The notes under the pieces: generated by a model
Seen by the model: the letters and a program-made list of their open reading frames with translations, nothing else
Told to the model about the DNA's origin: nothing
The model's database searches: none
In this document: positions 24,925 through 37,140 of the stretch, piece after piece
How the letters are laid out: the number at the start of each line of letters is the position of its first letter
How positions within the stretch are numbered: position 1 is the first letter of the stretch
Made by a program: the position numbers and the translations under genes
Source of the DNA: Iphione sp. A-MEVVRFRX5
Lineage: Eukaryota
DNA: 64,000 nt
Assembly (NCBI GenBank): GCA_976226885.1
Contig: OZ320315.1
Location: 97,030,001 to 97,094,000 of the forward strand
Direction of reading: 5' to 3'

Positions 24925-27660
24925 TTTTTTTTTAAATCTTTATTTATGCTGGTAAATGTACATTTCAAAATGTGTTGCTCCAGCACATTACAATTTTTTC
25001 AAAACATTAAACATTTAAATGGAATGTAATGCGATGTAATAAACTACTGTACAAAATTATGTGACTGATGGTGAAAATGATGGGGACTCCAACAAAATCT
25101 TACTGATACAGAGCTGAGATTTACACACAAAACAAACTATCCTCAGTTTGAAAAATCTTTTACATCATCATTTACCAACCTATCGTTACCACATACCTTT
25201 GAAGTATTTACTATACAGGAAAGAATGAAGAAAAATGAAAAGAGTAGAGTAGCAGCGGCATTGCCACATGCTGATCTCCCTCCAAAATAAGTAGTAGTAT
25301 AATGCTTATTTTGTGAAGAGGGGTAGCCATAGAAAAAACACCAGTTATATTGTATTGTCTGTAAGGCCGCGGCATTGCCACTAACCATCTCTCTCCATAA
25401 ATACCCGTTCAAGTTTATGGTACTTTAGCATCCCACACCCAACGTCGTCCATATCTCTGTAAAAAGCCCTTCCTACTTTTAATATTCAGATTTGCCTCTG
25501 TTACCCCTATATTTTGCCAAAGTAGGTAACAAGTATATTCTAGTGATCTACGATACGACTCCCTTTTGGGTCGCATAACTTGTACTTGTTTCTTTTGGGC
25601 TAGTCTTGTTTTACCTCCTTCATCCGGAGTTTGCGCAACCTTATAACCAATCCGTAATAAAGCACGGTTTCTCCTTGTCCGAAAATCATTTGCTACCTCA
25701 TCCTTGCTTAACTTTTTATATCCATAGGCTATATTTATTGCCACTTTCCTTGTCCTAATTACTTTTATAGCACCTCTTGTGTTTAGCTGAGTATTCGTAC
25801 TTATCGCATACTCTGAAATCGGTAGAATCATCGACTGTGTTAGACGTACTGCTATCTCACTATTCATGTACCTACGGATACTCCTCATGTAACTTATCCT
25901 TGCCTACATCTTTTTACACATCATGGTCTGATTTTCATACATGCTAAGAAACTCATCCAGCAAAATTCCAAGGTATTTTACCACACGTACAAATTTCAAC
26001 CCAGTGTCCCTTGTTATTTCACTTTTTAAGACTTCATCCTCCTTTCCTATTCTATTGTGAAATAGTACGCAGCATGTCTTCTCCTGGTTTACCTGTATAC
26101 GCATATGATCCGACCATGACAAAACTTCATTCAATGACTTCCTGACCTTTAATGCTATTTCATCTTTTGAACCTGCCTTCACTACTATCGCGACATCATC
26201 CGTGTATATAACTAATTTGCCCGTTGTGATTTTCTGGGCAAGAGAGTTAATAAAAATTATAAAGAAAAGTGGCCTGAGAATTGAGCCCTGCGGTACACCG
26301 CATCTGATTGTTTTTGTACTTGAACTAATACCATTGCAACAAAGAAATTGCTCTCTATTACACAGATAATTTTCGACCGAGGCATAATTTTTCCCTGTGA
26401 TGCCTGAATTTAATAAGACTTGTTTTAACCTTGTGTGATTTACAGAATCGAAAGCTTTTCGGAAATCTATGAAGATACCCACAACCCTTTGCCCCTCGTT
26501 TATTCCCCTATGTATTTCATTAGTTAGATCATAAATTGCCATATCTGTAGAATGCCCTTTTCTAAAACCATATTGTGATTTTACGAAGAACTCATTTGTT
26601 TCAAGATAGGTGTATATCTTCCAGTGAACTATCCTCTCCATGACCTTTGCCGGGAGCGGTAAAAGACTAATTGGCCTGTAATTTTCAACGTTATATACAT
26701 CACTTGATTTGGGTATTGGTACAACCTTGCTCCTTTTCCAGTCGTTTGGTATTTCCCCTTGTTGAAAAGTTTTATTTATCAATTTCGTCAGTAGACTTAC
26801 ATTCTTCCTAAAAAAAGCTCTGACTACTAAGGTTGGTACATCTGATATCAAAGAGGCCTTACTATTTTTAAAACTATTTATGGCCCAGAGAACCTCTTTG
26901 TCATTAGTACTAAAGTCAGGGATCAAAAGTCCAGCATCATCTTTCAGCCAGTGTTCATCATCCACCATCCCTAGCTTACTCTGTATTTTACTTCCAATAC
27001 TCACAAAGAACTGATTCAGTTCTTCCGGAACATCCCCAGGCTGTAAAGTTTCACCTTCTCTCTTAATTACCACATTACTATTTTCCTTTACATTTCCGAG
27101 TCCAAAACTTTTTTTAATAAACCCCCAATATTTACCACTATCATTTGACAACTCTGCGGCCTTACTTGTTATATACCGCCTCTTAGCAGTCTTAATCTTA
27201 TACTGTATTTGTTTACAAATTACTTTAAAAGCTAACCAATCTTCCACCCTTCCTGTATTCTTTGCTAGACTGTATATCTTCCCCCGCCTCCTAATTTCCT
27301 GCAAAATTTCTTCTGTCATCCATGGTTTTATAAGCCGTTTAACAACTCGCTTTTTTAAGGGAATCAAATTATCAAGCACACATGTCATAATACATCTCAC
27401 CCGCTCCCAATACAAATTTATTCCATAGTTTTCATTTACCGTTGCAACTATTTTGGTCGCCATATCAATAAAGGCGTTCTCATTTAGTTTCTTAAAGTTT
27501 CTCACAAACCTCGTTTCCAAATGTCGGATACACTCCCTGCCCCTTATAACACATACAAGGGCATCATGATCAGAGAAATCACAATCATAGACTACCCAGT
27601 CAAACTGCGAGTCACTAACACATCTATTATAATCCAGTAGGCCGCTCGGGGTGTGTGTCG
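24925..27660 (-). mobile_element. LINE (RT and APE end) with poly(A) tail, abutting ORF1 of copy 3
   Basis: RT ORF 25904..27520 (NYRPISLLP, QYGFRK, DFRKAFD, GVPQGSIL, YTDD, YLGILLD). The minus strand reads AATAAAGATTT(A)9 at about 24925-24945. Confidence 0.85.
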
Positions 27661-27959
27661 TCTTGACTTCGTTGTTTGAACTTACATTTTCACTGTCCGT
27701 CTTCCCTTTGTCCTTCGAAAGGGATTTTGTTTGATCTGGTTCTGTTTGTCATACCTGTTGTTCCGTGTTTAGACATATTCCCACTTGTTAGTCCTATTCT
27801 AGACTCAATTTATCGGCCTTTTTCCTGGAGCGCTTTAGACCCGCGTCTTGTCACCTCAAAGTATCATTCTTGTAATGAAAATTTAAAGAATAAATAATAC
27901 TGTTTGCATACCTGTGAGAAAATCCCGCCCTGTCTCTCTTATAATGTGCTGTAAAAGAT

Positions 27960-28705
27960 ACTGGAGTTGTTGGCTGAACTTGGAGATACAAAGCTCCAGG
28001 TCACCTTATCACTATTTTCACATCACGTCCTAGGCTCGCTGCATGCGTGCGAAGAGCAGAGATCACATTCGGGATGGAGGCCGGCAACATCTCTGATGCC
28101 AAGTGTTCGATATATGCACACACCATGGCAGGGGACGGGTTCCGGTGATCGAGACGGAATCGCAGGCAGAAGCGGATAAATCGCTTCACTGCGGACCGTC
28201 GATTCGCCGCTGTGCCTGGTCTAACCGCAGCCCGTTGACGAGTCTCGGCCGCACTCAGTAGGCGGTCCAGCGCTGGATCTGGAATGGAGACCACAGGAAA
28301 GGAAGATAGTTGTGTGATAGTTGTGATAGCTCTGTGATCGACAGAGACTGGGATCAGTTGATATCGTTGAATAAAGCACTCTGCCCTGGCCGCTTCCTTC
28401 GTGGACATGCTCGCCCTGCTCAGAGCATCCGCCACCTACATCTGGATGCCTGGGTGGTGTACCATAATGATCCTGATGTCGCGGAGGTATTGTTTCATCC
28501 ATAGTGCGCAAGCACAGGCGTTGATCACGTAGTCCCGGCCACGGCCCCCATTGAAGACATCGACGGTAGGTCGGTTGTCGCACGCGAGCTGGATTGTAGT
28601 AGCCGGTGGGACCCCTTGCGCCAACAAGCGGACCGCCAGGAGGCAATTTAACGCCTCGAGTTGGCTGATGTGATGTGTGGCAGCCACACTCCTGGGCCAT
28701 GTATA
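27960..28705 (-). mobile_element. Host Ngaro-like element, part 3: RNase H C-terminus and YR N-terminus
   Basis: HISQLEALN...CDN...HHPG..MADALSR; AVRPGTAANRRSAVKRFIRFC. Confidence 0.85.
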
Positions 28706-28876
28706 TGCCATTGCTCATTACTAAATGACAAGTCGATATGTTAAAATGTTTGGAGATCTTTAATTCTCTCACCGTCAATAATTCGACAATAAAATTGGCA
28801 TAAGAATTGTACATTTTGCCATAAATTGCATAAAATACATCGAAATAAATAGCTTTAAAAGAGGGTGTGGAGGGTG

Positions 28877-28960
28877 GGCAGCGATGCAAGGCGAATGAGG
28901 AAGAGTCGATGCAGGGGCTGCCTTTTATAGGGCAACGACCGGTGGCGTGATTGTTATTTT
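28877..28960. repeat. A2 terminal repeat (84 bp; 2 mismatches to A1 at 32955-33038)
   Basis: ggcagcgatgca.ggcgaatgaggaagagtcgatgcaggggctgccttttatagggca.cgaccggtggcgtgattgttatttt at both positions. Confidence 0.95.
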
Positions 28961-28964
28961 AAAC

Positions 28965-29748
28965 TATGCAATGTATACGAGTGTTGGGCGAGGCCCAAGT
29001 CACTTAAGATGTCTTTAAATCGGTTTGCCACGAACTGAGCCGTTACAGGGCTATGGTCCTGTGGATTTACCAATACCGGCTGTCCGGGCCTAATTGTCGG
29101 CGAAAAAGCCAATACGTCCCTATATGCTTCAGGTCACGGGCCACCGGAACGGCCACAGTCCGGAGTGAGTCAAACCACTGCATGGTCTTGGACCATTTTT
29201 GGCTGACTTGCAGACTCGTTTCATGCAGGACGATGTCATCCCTGGTGAGGTGTTGCCGGGGATCGAACTGTGACGCGGTTCGTGGCATCAACTCCGACTG
29301 TCTAAAGCCGGTGTAGAAAAGGAACACCAAACACGAACCGGAGCATGATGCCATCAGGAAGACCGGCCGCGAAGTGCAGAATCGTTTTGAACATAGCAGG
29401 TTCAATCGGTGGATGCTGGAGGACCACCTGGTTGCGGAGTCGTCATGCCCCTTGCAGGGCCAGTTGCACCGGTCGGGTGTCGAACTGGGATGTCATGACA
29501 CCACGATCTTTAAGAAACTCCCGCACAGCCGATAAGGCGTTCGATACGGAAGCCGGAGAACGGTGGTGCATAGTCAGGTAGCCTATGTACATCATGGCCT
29601 GCATAGTAGTTGGCGCCAGCGGGTCAATGCTAAACCGATAGCAAAATGCCAGGTACGTCGTCGCAGACGTCCTTCTGTTCTCCAGAGTCCCCTGCGCCCT
29701 GGCCCGCCCAATGAGACTCATCGAGGGGGTCACCAGGTCTCTCGCCAC
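28965..29748 (-). pseudogene. Tyrosine recombinase, truncated immediately after HSL
   Basis: YLAFC...ASVSNALSAVR; FYTGFRQSEL; ...HSYTLHSL runs straight into the A2 repeat. Confidence 0.8.
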
Positions 29749-29808
29749 CGGATCTGAAGCAGAAAGATTAGAGATCAGGGTCCCAATACAGAAGAGCGAT
29801 GTCCGGAA

Positions 29809-30657
29809 CTATCCATCGCCCGCGATGAACTGGTATTTCGGAGCGCTATGCCATCTTGACAGCGCGTCGGCGAAGTCCATCTCGGCGCCTGGAACATGGT
29901 TGAACTGCAGCATAAACCCATACCGGGCTTGGTGGGACCACAGCGCTCTTGCACATGCCAGCAGCACCGGGTCGCGCCCCCTTCCGGATTGGTAGACTTG
30001 TACTGCCGGGAGGTTGTCGCAGCAGACCCGAACGACTTTCCCCGCCGCGTCCTGGCCGACCATTGCACAGACAGCCAACATCACATTGGCCGCCTCGACC
30101 TGTGAAATATGCATTGCAGACAGTTTATCAGGCAGTCGCTCGGCATAATACAGCACACCATCTGATGCCCCTATCCCCTCGAGGCAGGCATCTGCAACTA
30201 TGGTTTTCACCAGCTGTCCTGTCCCAATAATCTCAACCCCGTTCCAGGACGGGAGGAATTTCAGGAACCAGGAGACGTCCTTCTTGCTCTCGATCCCAAG
30301 GCGCACATACCTACCCTGGGCAGAACGAAGGAGAGCCAACAACCTACTCACAGTCTCCCCGGACGCACGCATCTCGATACATGAAGCAGCTTGCCCAGGA
30401 TGCTCTGCAGATGCTTCCATGTTATTGTGCATGACCGTTCGCAGCTCGCTCAGCAACTCTTTCTGCAATGAAATGGCAATAGTCATCTCGATGGTATTAA
30501 TATCCACACTGAGCCAATTCACCTGCTGTCCTGGGGGCTGCGTCTTATGAGTGGCTTCTGGTAAACCAAGTTGACGGAACAGGTCCCTGGCAGTCGCAAA
30601 CACCCTCCGAGCTTCGCCGATGCCATCTGCTGCAACCACCAAGTCATCGAGATGCAT
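29809..30657 (-). CDS. RT C-terminus and RNase H of the YR retrotransposon
   Basis: HLDD, ADACLEGIGA, HISQVEA, CDN, HVPG...ADALSR. Confidence 0.85.
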   Translation of the reverse strand: MHLDDLVVAADGIGEARRVFATARDLFRQLGLPEATHKTQPPGQQVNWLSVDINTIEMTIAISLQKELLSELRTVMHNNMEASAEHPGQAASCIEMRASGETVSRLLALLRSAQGRYVRLGIESKKDVSWFLKFLPSWNGVEIIGTGQLVKTIVADACLEGIGASDGVLYYAERLPDKLSAMHISQVEAANVMLAVCAMVGQDAAGKVVRVCCDNLPAVQVYQSGRGRDPVLLACARALWSHQARYGFMLQFNHVPGAEMDFADALSRWHSAPKYQFIAGDG

Positions 30658-30678
30658 GAAGGCACAAACATCAGCGCG

Positions 30679-31608
30679 CTAAAGGATACATACAATTGAG
30701 TCGGCTACCCGCTGCATATGATTTGAAGAGCAGCGGGTGCCGAACGGTATACTCATATCCATATAGAACTTTCCCTCCCATTGAAATAACAGGAGGGGCC
30801 AGTCAGATGGGCATGTTGGGAAGTTCTTATAAGCCCTTGCTATATCAATGGTAAACAGATGAGTGTCACGACCGATAGATCTAATGTGGGCCAAGAGGGA
30901 CTCCAATGTAGGGAGGGAGTGATCACGGGTAACGCTGAGCACCATGTTTTTTGGCACACATGCATTTATTGACAAGTCAGGTGGAAATGACATATCAGTG
31001 ATGATTCTCTGCGCCTCCGATTCCCTCTTAGGCCTACTCATGAGCGGGGATATATGGGCCCATTCTTGAAATGGCAAGACATCATATGGTCCATATAGGG
31101 CACCATGAGCAATCTCATTTCGTATATACTCACTGATGTGTGCTGGGTATTCGATGGCGGATGGGTGATTCTGAAGCTGCGTAGTATCTGACACGGGGCC
31201 ATGGTAGCCCATAGGGAAGCCAAACTGTAAAAGATCGATTAGCTGCTGATCGTGGTCGTCCTGTGATAGAAACCAAGACCATGCATCAATGTTCAGTGAT
31301 GATGGAACCTGCCGACGAGCGGCAACCAGATTTGGGTACCCAGTGGCCCTGACAGCATCGTATATATGAGCCAGACTATTAGACAACACTGCCTCATTAG
31401 GTTTCGGCCAATTTTCTTGACGATAGCTTGCCAGCTGGTGGACATCACACAACGCTGCGATTTCAGCGTTATCATCGTTGGCGCAGCACTTACTGATGGC
31501 TTTAAAGTCAATATTATGGAACTGCCCGTTCTTTGTACTTACGTCTGGGGTATGCTGTTTCAATGCGCTTCGGCTGCCCAGGGGGCCCTGTGCCCCGTGG
31601 GGGTTCAA
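30679..31608 (-). CDS. YR-retrotransposon reverse transcriptase (N-terminal part)
   Basis: GFPMGY, NHPSA, SPLMSRPK, RIITDMSFP, IDIARAYKNFP.CPSDWPLL, IPFGTRCSS. Confidence 0.9.
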   Translation of the reverse strand: MNPHGAQGPLGSRSALKQHTPDVSTKNGQFHNIDFKAISKCCANDDNAEIAALCDVHQLASYRQENWPKPNEAVLSNSLAHIYDAVRATGYPNLVAARRQVPSSLNIDAWSWFLSQDDHDQQLIDLLQFGFPMGYHGPVSDTTQLQNHPSAIEYPAHISEYIRNEIAHGALYGPYDVLPFQEWAHISPLMSRPKRESEAQRIITDMSFPPDLSINACVPKNMVLSVTRDHSLPTLESLLAHIRSIGRDTHLFTIDIARAYKNFPTCPSDWPLLLFQWEGKFYMDMSIPFGTRCSSNHMQRVADSIVCIL

Positions 31609-32954
31609 TCGTTTTTTGCCATCTGTGAAGACTTTGCAGACGTGGCTTGTGCAGGAGCGGTTGTCTTACCAAACTGAGATTGGTTGTTCTGTGGTCACTG
31701 CAATGACAGGTACCTGTTCCTCTTTGAGCATATGGAGAGACTATGGTTGTGTCTCGATCCATTGGCTGCGAGACAGAACCTACATACATGCATTAGACGA
31801 ACCTGAGCCTCCATATGAGCATCTGACTTGATGGAGCATGTGGCTGTGCTGTATGCAGGACATACTACCTCAGTCATGGCTTGTGATGCTTCCACTGGGG
31901 CCATACTCAGACGGAGTCTCTCATATGCAATGATATCCTGGTTTCGCCAAGATATCTCATTGTGTTCGATGCGGTAGAAGATGTAATTAGACCATTTTCG
32001 TACATTGGCCCATGGCCTATGCTGGGCATCCTGTGAGACATTACATAAATGATCAAACAAGAAATCCCTGTCATGGTGTGAAACTGAGTTACGGTCTTTG
32101 AGCATTGCAAGAAATGATGCTATGAACTCGGTTTTGGTTTTATACTCGTTACGTTCCTTTGCTGATACACAGGAATCGTGCTCAAGGTACATATGCGGAC
32201 GGGGAATCAGGTTCCTGATCCGAAAATCAAAATTACCTCATGTTGCTTCAGCTTGGGAGACCCAGGGAGCGGCGGCATCGATGTAAGAGTCTATATATTG
32301 CTAGACCGCAGGCCCCTGCCTAAGTTGTGCTGGTGTAGGTACGTGTGAGGCTAGACCAGGTGCGGCTACAGGTGCATGACCAGCAGGCACATTAGACATA
32401 GCGACTTGTGGTGTCTGTGCATTGTAAAATGGAACAGCCTGGGTAATGGGCGGAGCAATAGCTGAATGCATAAAGTTTACTGTACCGTTCACCTGTGGGA
32501 GGCCATGTTGCGTGTGCGAGAGCGGGTGAGGGTCAGGAAGTGTGTTGGCAATGGTGGTTGAGGCCGGCGAGGCACCCTGAGTGTGCATACCAACCGGTTG
32601 CGTGGACTGGGACACATGTACCTGGTGACCATATTGGGTCGGTACGGGATCAGCTGCTGGCGAGACCGGTTGCTGTATAGTAGACACGCTGCCAGCGGCA
32701 GTAGTAATGGTCTGCGTAGTCGAAGTAGACTGTGTGTTGCTCTGAAACATAACAGAAAGTTGGTCAAGGTGAGTTTTTAGACCAGCCAAGTCTGCCACAG
32801 CACGTTCGAGCTTATCAAGCCTATCGGTCATCTTTGGTTTTGTGTTTGTTCCTTTGTTTTTCGCCGGTGTAGCTGCCATGTCCCCCGTCTCTTGTTCTGG
32901 CTCGGTACAGTCACGAGACGACTGGTCCTGGTTGTTCCTCTGTCCCATACCAGC

Positions 32955-33038
32955 GGCAGCGATGCAGGGCGAATGAGGAAGAGTCGATGCAGGGGCTGCC
33001 TTTTATAGGGCAGCGACCGGTGGCGTGATTGTTATTTT
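32955..33038 (-). promoter_or_regulatory. A1 terminal repeat with candidate TATA box (TATAAAA, 33001-33007) about 50 nt upstream of the gag ATG at 32948
   Basis: The minus strand reads CTATAAAAGG inside the repeat, and the ATG follows directly after the repeat. Confidence 0.6.
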
Positions 33039-33064
33039 TAGCTTCAGTCGCAATGCCCTGCCAT

Positions 33065-33993
33065 GCAATCAACTACATGCCTCGATATAGTAGCGACGGT
33101 AGTCCGTTGCACCCACTCCCACGAGGCACGAGTCAGCCTCTATGACAATGGACGGTGCAGGCGGGTCGTAGTAGGACCGACAGTTACAAGCCGTGGCGAA
33201 TTGGGTCAGCCATCGCAAGTCTGCCCTGACCGAGGAGTCTACCCCAACGACATTATCTGTTGCCCCTCGCATGGCATCAAGTAGTCGACATATACAGTCT
33301 CGCGGGCCTAATCACTTGTGACATGTGATTGACCTGCCCCGTGATCCGCTGACATTGCTTGAGGGTCATTGCGTCACTATCCATTATGGCTTCAAAGTCC
33401 GTCATATATTCATCGATCTTGGCTCTTGGTATTGATAGGGTGGCCGCTTCCACATCAACACAAACGCCGAGCCATTTCACACCTTGTGCCGGGTGTTGTC
33501 ATACTGTCTGCTACCGCCAGGCCCAGACTACGAAGCATGTCGATGATGTAATCAAACGCGCGCTGAGTCTAGTGTCGATCAGGGGCCACCACCACGATGT
33601 CATCAAAGTCATCAGGGCTGTGTAGCCAGCTGACTCAATAGCCCTGATAATGTACCCCGCGATGAGCTGCATGTGAGGTGAAGACAAGCGTGTGGCGAAG
33701 GGCATGGCTGTGTCATAGTAATAATTACTATCCACTGCGATGCCCATCAGCGGCCAGTCCGTCGGACAGACTCGGAACTGCCGGTATGCGCGGCTCAAAT
33801 CAATCACCGCAAGGTGGGCTCCATGTCCAGAGGCCCTGAGGTTTCAACGAGGTCGTCTATAGTTGGGAGGGTGTGATCGTATCTTTTCCCTTGAAGGGTA
33901 TTCTTTGTAATGCACGTTGACGTTCTGGGCGTCTGGGTAGGACAGATCAACAATGACATGATACGATGCATGACGGGCGAGACCAATAACCAG
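33065..33993 (-). mobile_element. Host Ngaro-like element, part 2: RT and RNase H N-terminus
   Basis: PWLLVSPVM, HTLPTIDD, IDLSRAYRQFRVCPTDWPLM, MPFATR, WLGV, EADSCLVGVGATD. Confidence 0.85.
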
Positions 33994-34362
33994 GGTTCAA
34001 GTTTCAAGTTTCTTTATTTCACATCTCTTTGCATCAGGCAGTGCCGAATACATGGAGCTCTTCCAGTGAAATGCCCGGGGCAGATACACAAAAGCATTTT
34101 ATTGAGCATTTCACCGACATTTGAGTAATTCTTATAATAAAACATGATTTCTTTTTAATAGTTACAATTACAGCAAGGATAGATAGTAGCAGTAACCTGC
34201 TTATTTAGAAAAACAATCCTTAATGGATAACAATTTTACAAGTACACACACATAAGTACATTTACCTCAACCAATTTCAAATATAGATTCAAATCACCAT
34301 AGCATATTTCTTTCCACATCCATGATGTCAACTTCAGTAGTATATGCTAATCAATGCTGCCT

Positions 34363-35706
34363 CTATTTACCCAACATGTTTTTAAACTCTTTCATCGAGA
34401 GTTTACATTTGCTTGGATACTTGAGTTCATTCCACGCTCTTAACCCTTGGTACCAGAACGATTTCATATATAGTGATTGTTTTGGCCGTTTTGCATTGAT
34501 GGTGGATTTCCTGTTACCGATTCTCTGACATTCTGGACATAGCTGCTGTAATCTATGAATTAGAATCAGTAAGTTGCGCTTTCCTCTGTCTTCAATTGTT
34601 CCCAAATTTGCTAGCTTGCGTAGCTTTTGTAACTCATCAGTTAGAACCTTGCTAGCATTGAAATATAGTGATAGTCCATAGTCAATTACTGGAATAATGA
34701 AGGCCTTCAGAACCCTGATTCTGTCCTGTAGGGGCAACAGGACACTGACCTTCGATAGTACATACGATCTGTGTCTTAACTTTTTAACTGTCTGTTCCAA
34801 CATCGGTTCCCAACTTAGTTTTTCATCAATCATGTGGCCCAAGAGGTTGAAACTATTTACCTTTGTAATCTTAGAGCCATTGTGGACCAAGTCCAAATCG
34901 AATGAGGCAGTACGACCAAATAACATGTAACATGACTTCTTTTCATTCAATGTTAGACCATTCTTTTGTGTCCATTCTGCTACATCCTTTATACCACGTT
35001 GGGCTTTTAGACGTAATGCCATTGCATTGCTCGCCTCACAGTAAACAGTCACGTCATCTGCATACATTATACACTTGTTAATGACCTGACAGGATGGTAG
35101 CGAATTAATTACTAAGGTGAACATAAGGGGGCCCATTAGGTTTCCTTGTGGTACCCCTTGGCGCATTGTTAACAGTTCAGAGTCATGCCCATTACAGCGT
35201 ACAAATTGTTTCCTTTCCCGTAGGTATTCCTTTGTCCAACTGATACATTTCTCACCAGCACCTGTCTTTTTTAGGCAATTCAACACTAGATTATGACTTA
35301 TTATGTCAAAAGCCTTTGACATATCAAAGAATATTCCTGCAGTGAATTTGTTATTGTCATTGGCCAGGTATACCTCCCTTAATAGCTTTGCTACCGCTGT
35401 CATGGTACTCCTACCCGGTCTGAACCCATGCTGTTCCTCACAGTAGAACTCCTTCTTTTCTAGGTTTTCAACTACTTGTCTACGAATCACCTTTTCCACA
35501 ATTTTTCCCATTAGAGGTAGTATTGCTACAGGTCTGTAATTGGCTTTATCATTTCTACTGCCCTTTTTGTGGATAGGCACTATCCTGGCCACCTTCCATT
35601 GATCTAATACAACTCCCCCTACCAACATTTCATTTACCAAATTCGTAATTTCTTCCATCGCTATCAACAGACAATCTTTCATGATTTTAGATACCATCAA
35701 CACCAC
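34363..35706 (-). CDS. LINE reverse transcriptase
   Basis: 447-aa ORF with NYRPVAILP, QHGFRP, DMSKAFD, GVPQG, YADD. Confidence 0.9.
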   Translation of the reverse strand: MVLMVSKIMKDCLLIAMEEITNLVNEMLVGGVVLDQWKVARIVPIHKKGSRNDKANYRPVAILPLMGKIVEKVIRRQVVENLEKKEFYCEEQHGFRPGRSTMTAVAKLLREVYLANDNNKFTAGIFFDMSKAFDIISHNLVLNCLKKTGAGEKCISWTKEYLRERKQFVRCNGHDSELLTMRQGVPQGNLMGPLMFTLVINSLPSCQVINKCIMYADDVTVYCEASNAMALRLKAQRGIKDVAEWTQKNGLTLNEKKSCYMLFGRTASFDLDLVHNGSKITKVNSFNLLGHMIDEKLSWEPMLEQTVKKLRHRSYVLSKVSVLLPLQDRIRVLKAFIIPVIDYGLSLYFNASKVLTDELQKLRKLANLGTIEDRGKRNLLILIHRLQQLCPECQRIGNRKSTINAKRPKQSLYMKSFWYQGLRAWNELKYPSKCKLSMKEFKNMLGK

Positions 35707-37140
35707 TCGGTTTTTTTGTATTCACTTCATTTACCACCTCTCGCATTGCATTTGGGGTTATCTCTTCTATATCCCAGATGGCAGCACCTGTATCAGGGTC
35801 CTCGTCTATATGCTTAGCTAAGGCCTCTGCCTGTTGTACAAAGAACGTATTAAGTATGCCTGGAACCTTCTCTGACCCCACATCATTACCAGCATCTTTC
35901 AAGGCAATATTATTTCCTTTATGTACATCTTTGCCTAAGACACCATTTAGTGTTCTCCAGTACTCCTGTTGTGTTTTGCAATTTAGCAGTAATTTCCTTA
36001 CATACTCCTTTTTTGCTTTAGCCACAAGATACTTCACTTTTGACTTGTAGAACTTCAATATTCTAATGTCATCTTCATTACCGCTCACCCTAAATTGTTT
36101 TAAGTAGTAGTCCCTGTTTAACCTTGCTTCTTTAATTTCATGAGTCATCACTGATTATCTGGTTTTACCTCTACATTGATAATAGGGCATAGTTGATCAG
36201 TAGCATTCTTGACGCTCTCCTGGAAATTGCTCCATCTTTCTTCAAGGGATGATTCATCCCCGCTCCTACTTGCCAACCTTTCTCTGCCTTCCTGTATTTT
36301 TTCTTTTAACTGCACTCTGTCATAGTTTTTCCAACTTCGCTTTGACTTAACTATCTTAATGTGTCTTTCCCGTTGCTTTTTGTTTAGAACAAATACTGGT
36401 TGATGGTCACTCACATGTAGTTTTAGTGTACCTGAATCCCCTATCTCTTTCCAGTTTGTCCAGATTAAGTCTAACACTGATTTACTCGATTTATGTATTA
36501 TTGTCATCTCAGTAATCAGTTGATTTAGTTTGAATTTCTCAAGGGTGATATCTAGCATTTCCTTTTCCTTCCCTCTTGCAGACCAGTTTACATTAAGATC
36601 ACCTCCCACTACAATATCAGGGCCCTTATCTCTTTCTACTCTTCGTAGGCAATTTTCTAGGTATGATATGCATTTCGATTTGTCACTACCTGGAGGGGAA
36701 TATAGGGATCCTATGTATAGGGGTTTCCTATGATCATTCTTTATTTTTAGCCAAATTCCCTCTATATCATCCGATATTTTGTTCAAGTGCGATATTTCTT
36801 CACTTTTTACCAATTCATTTACATAAATCAATAGACCACCACCATGCTTCTTTTTGAGTCCCGATCAATCTCACCTGTACGATACATAACCTTTCTGTTA
36901 TATAAATTCAGATTTTACATTTGGACCCAACCATGTCTCACTTAAACATAATGCTAATGGATGTTCTCTTTCTAGTAGATCTGACACCTCAGGCAACTTA
37001 GACCATAGACTATGTATGTTCCAGTAGATGACTAATCTCCCCTTCATATCAGAATTTTATATGTACATGCACAGGACAATATCACAGACATATATTTTCA
37101 CACATTCAGTAGCCTTTATTTGCGCTCTGTTTTTGTTGAC

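Larger units (their letters stand above)
28706..33064 (-). mobile_element. Nested, near-complete Ngaro-like YR retrotransposon (A1-gag-RT/RH-YR-A2-B)
   Basis: gag 32301..32948 and 31695..32192 (Zn finger), RT 30679..31608, RNase H 29809..30657, YR 28965-29748. An 84-bp A repeat occurs twice and TGCCAT occurs at both ends. Confidence 0.85.
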
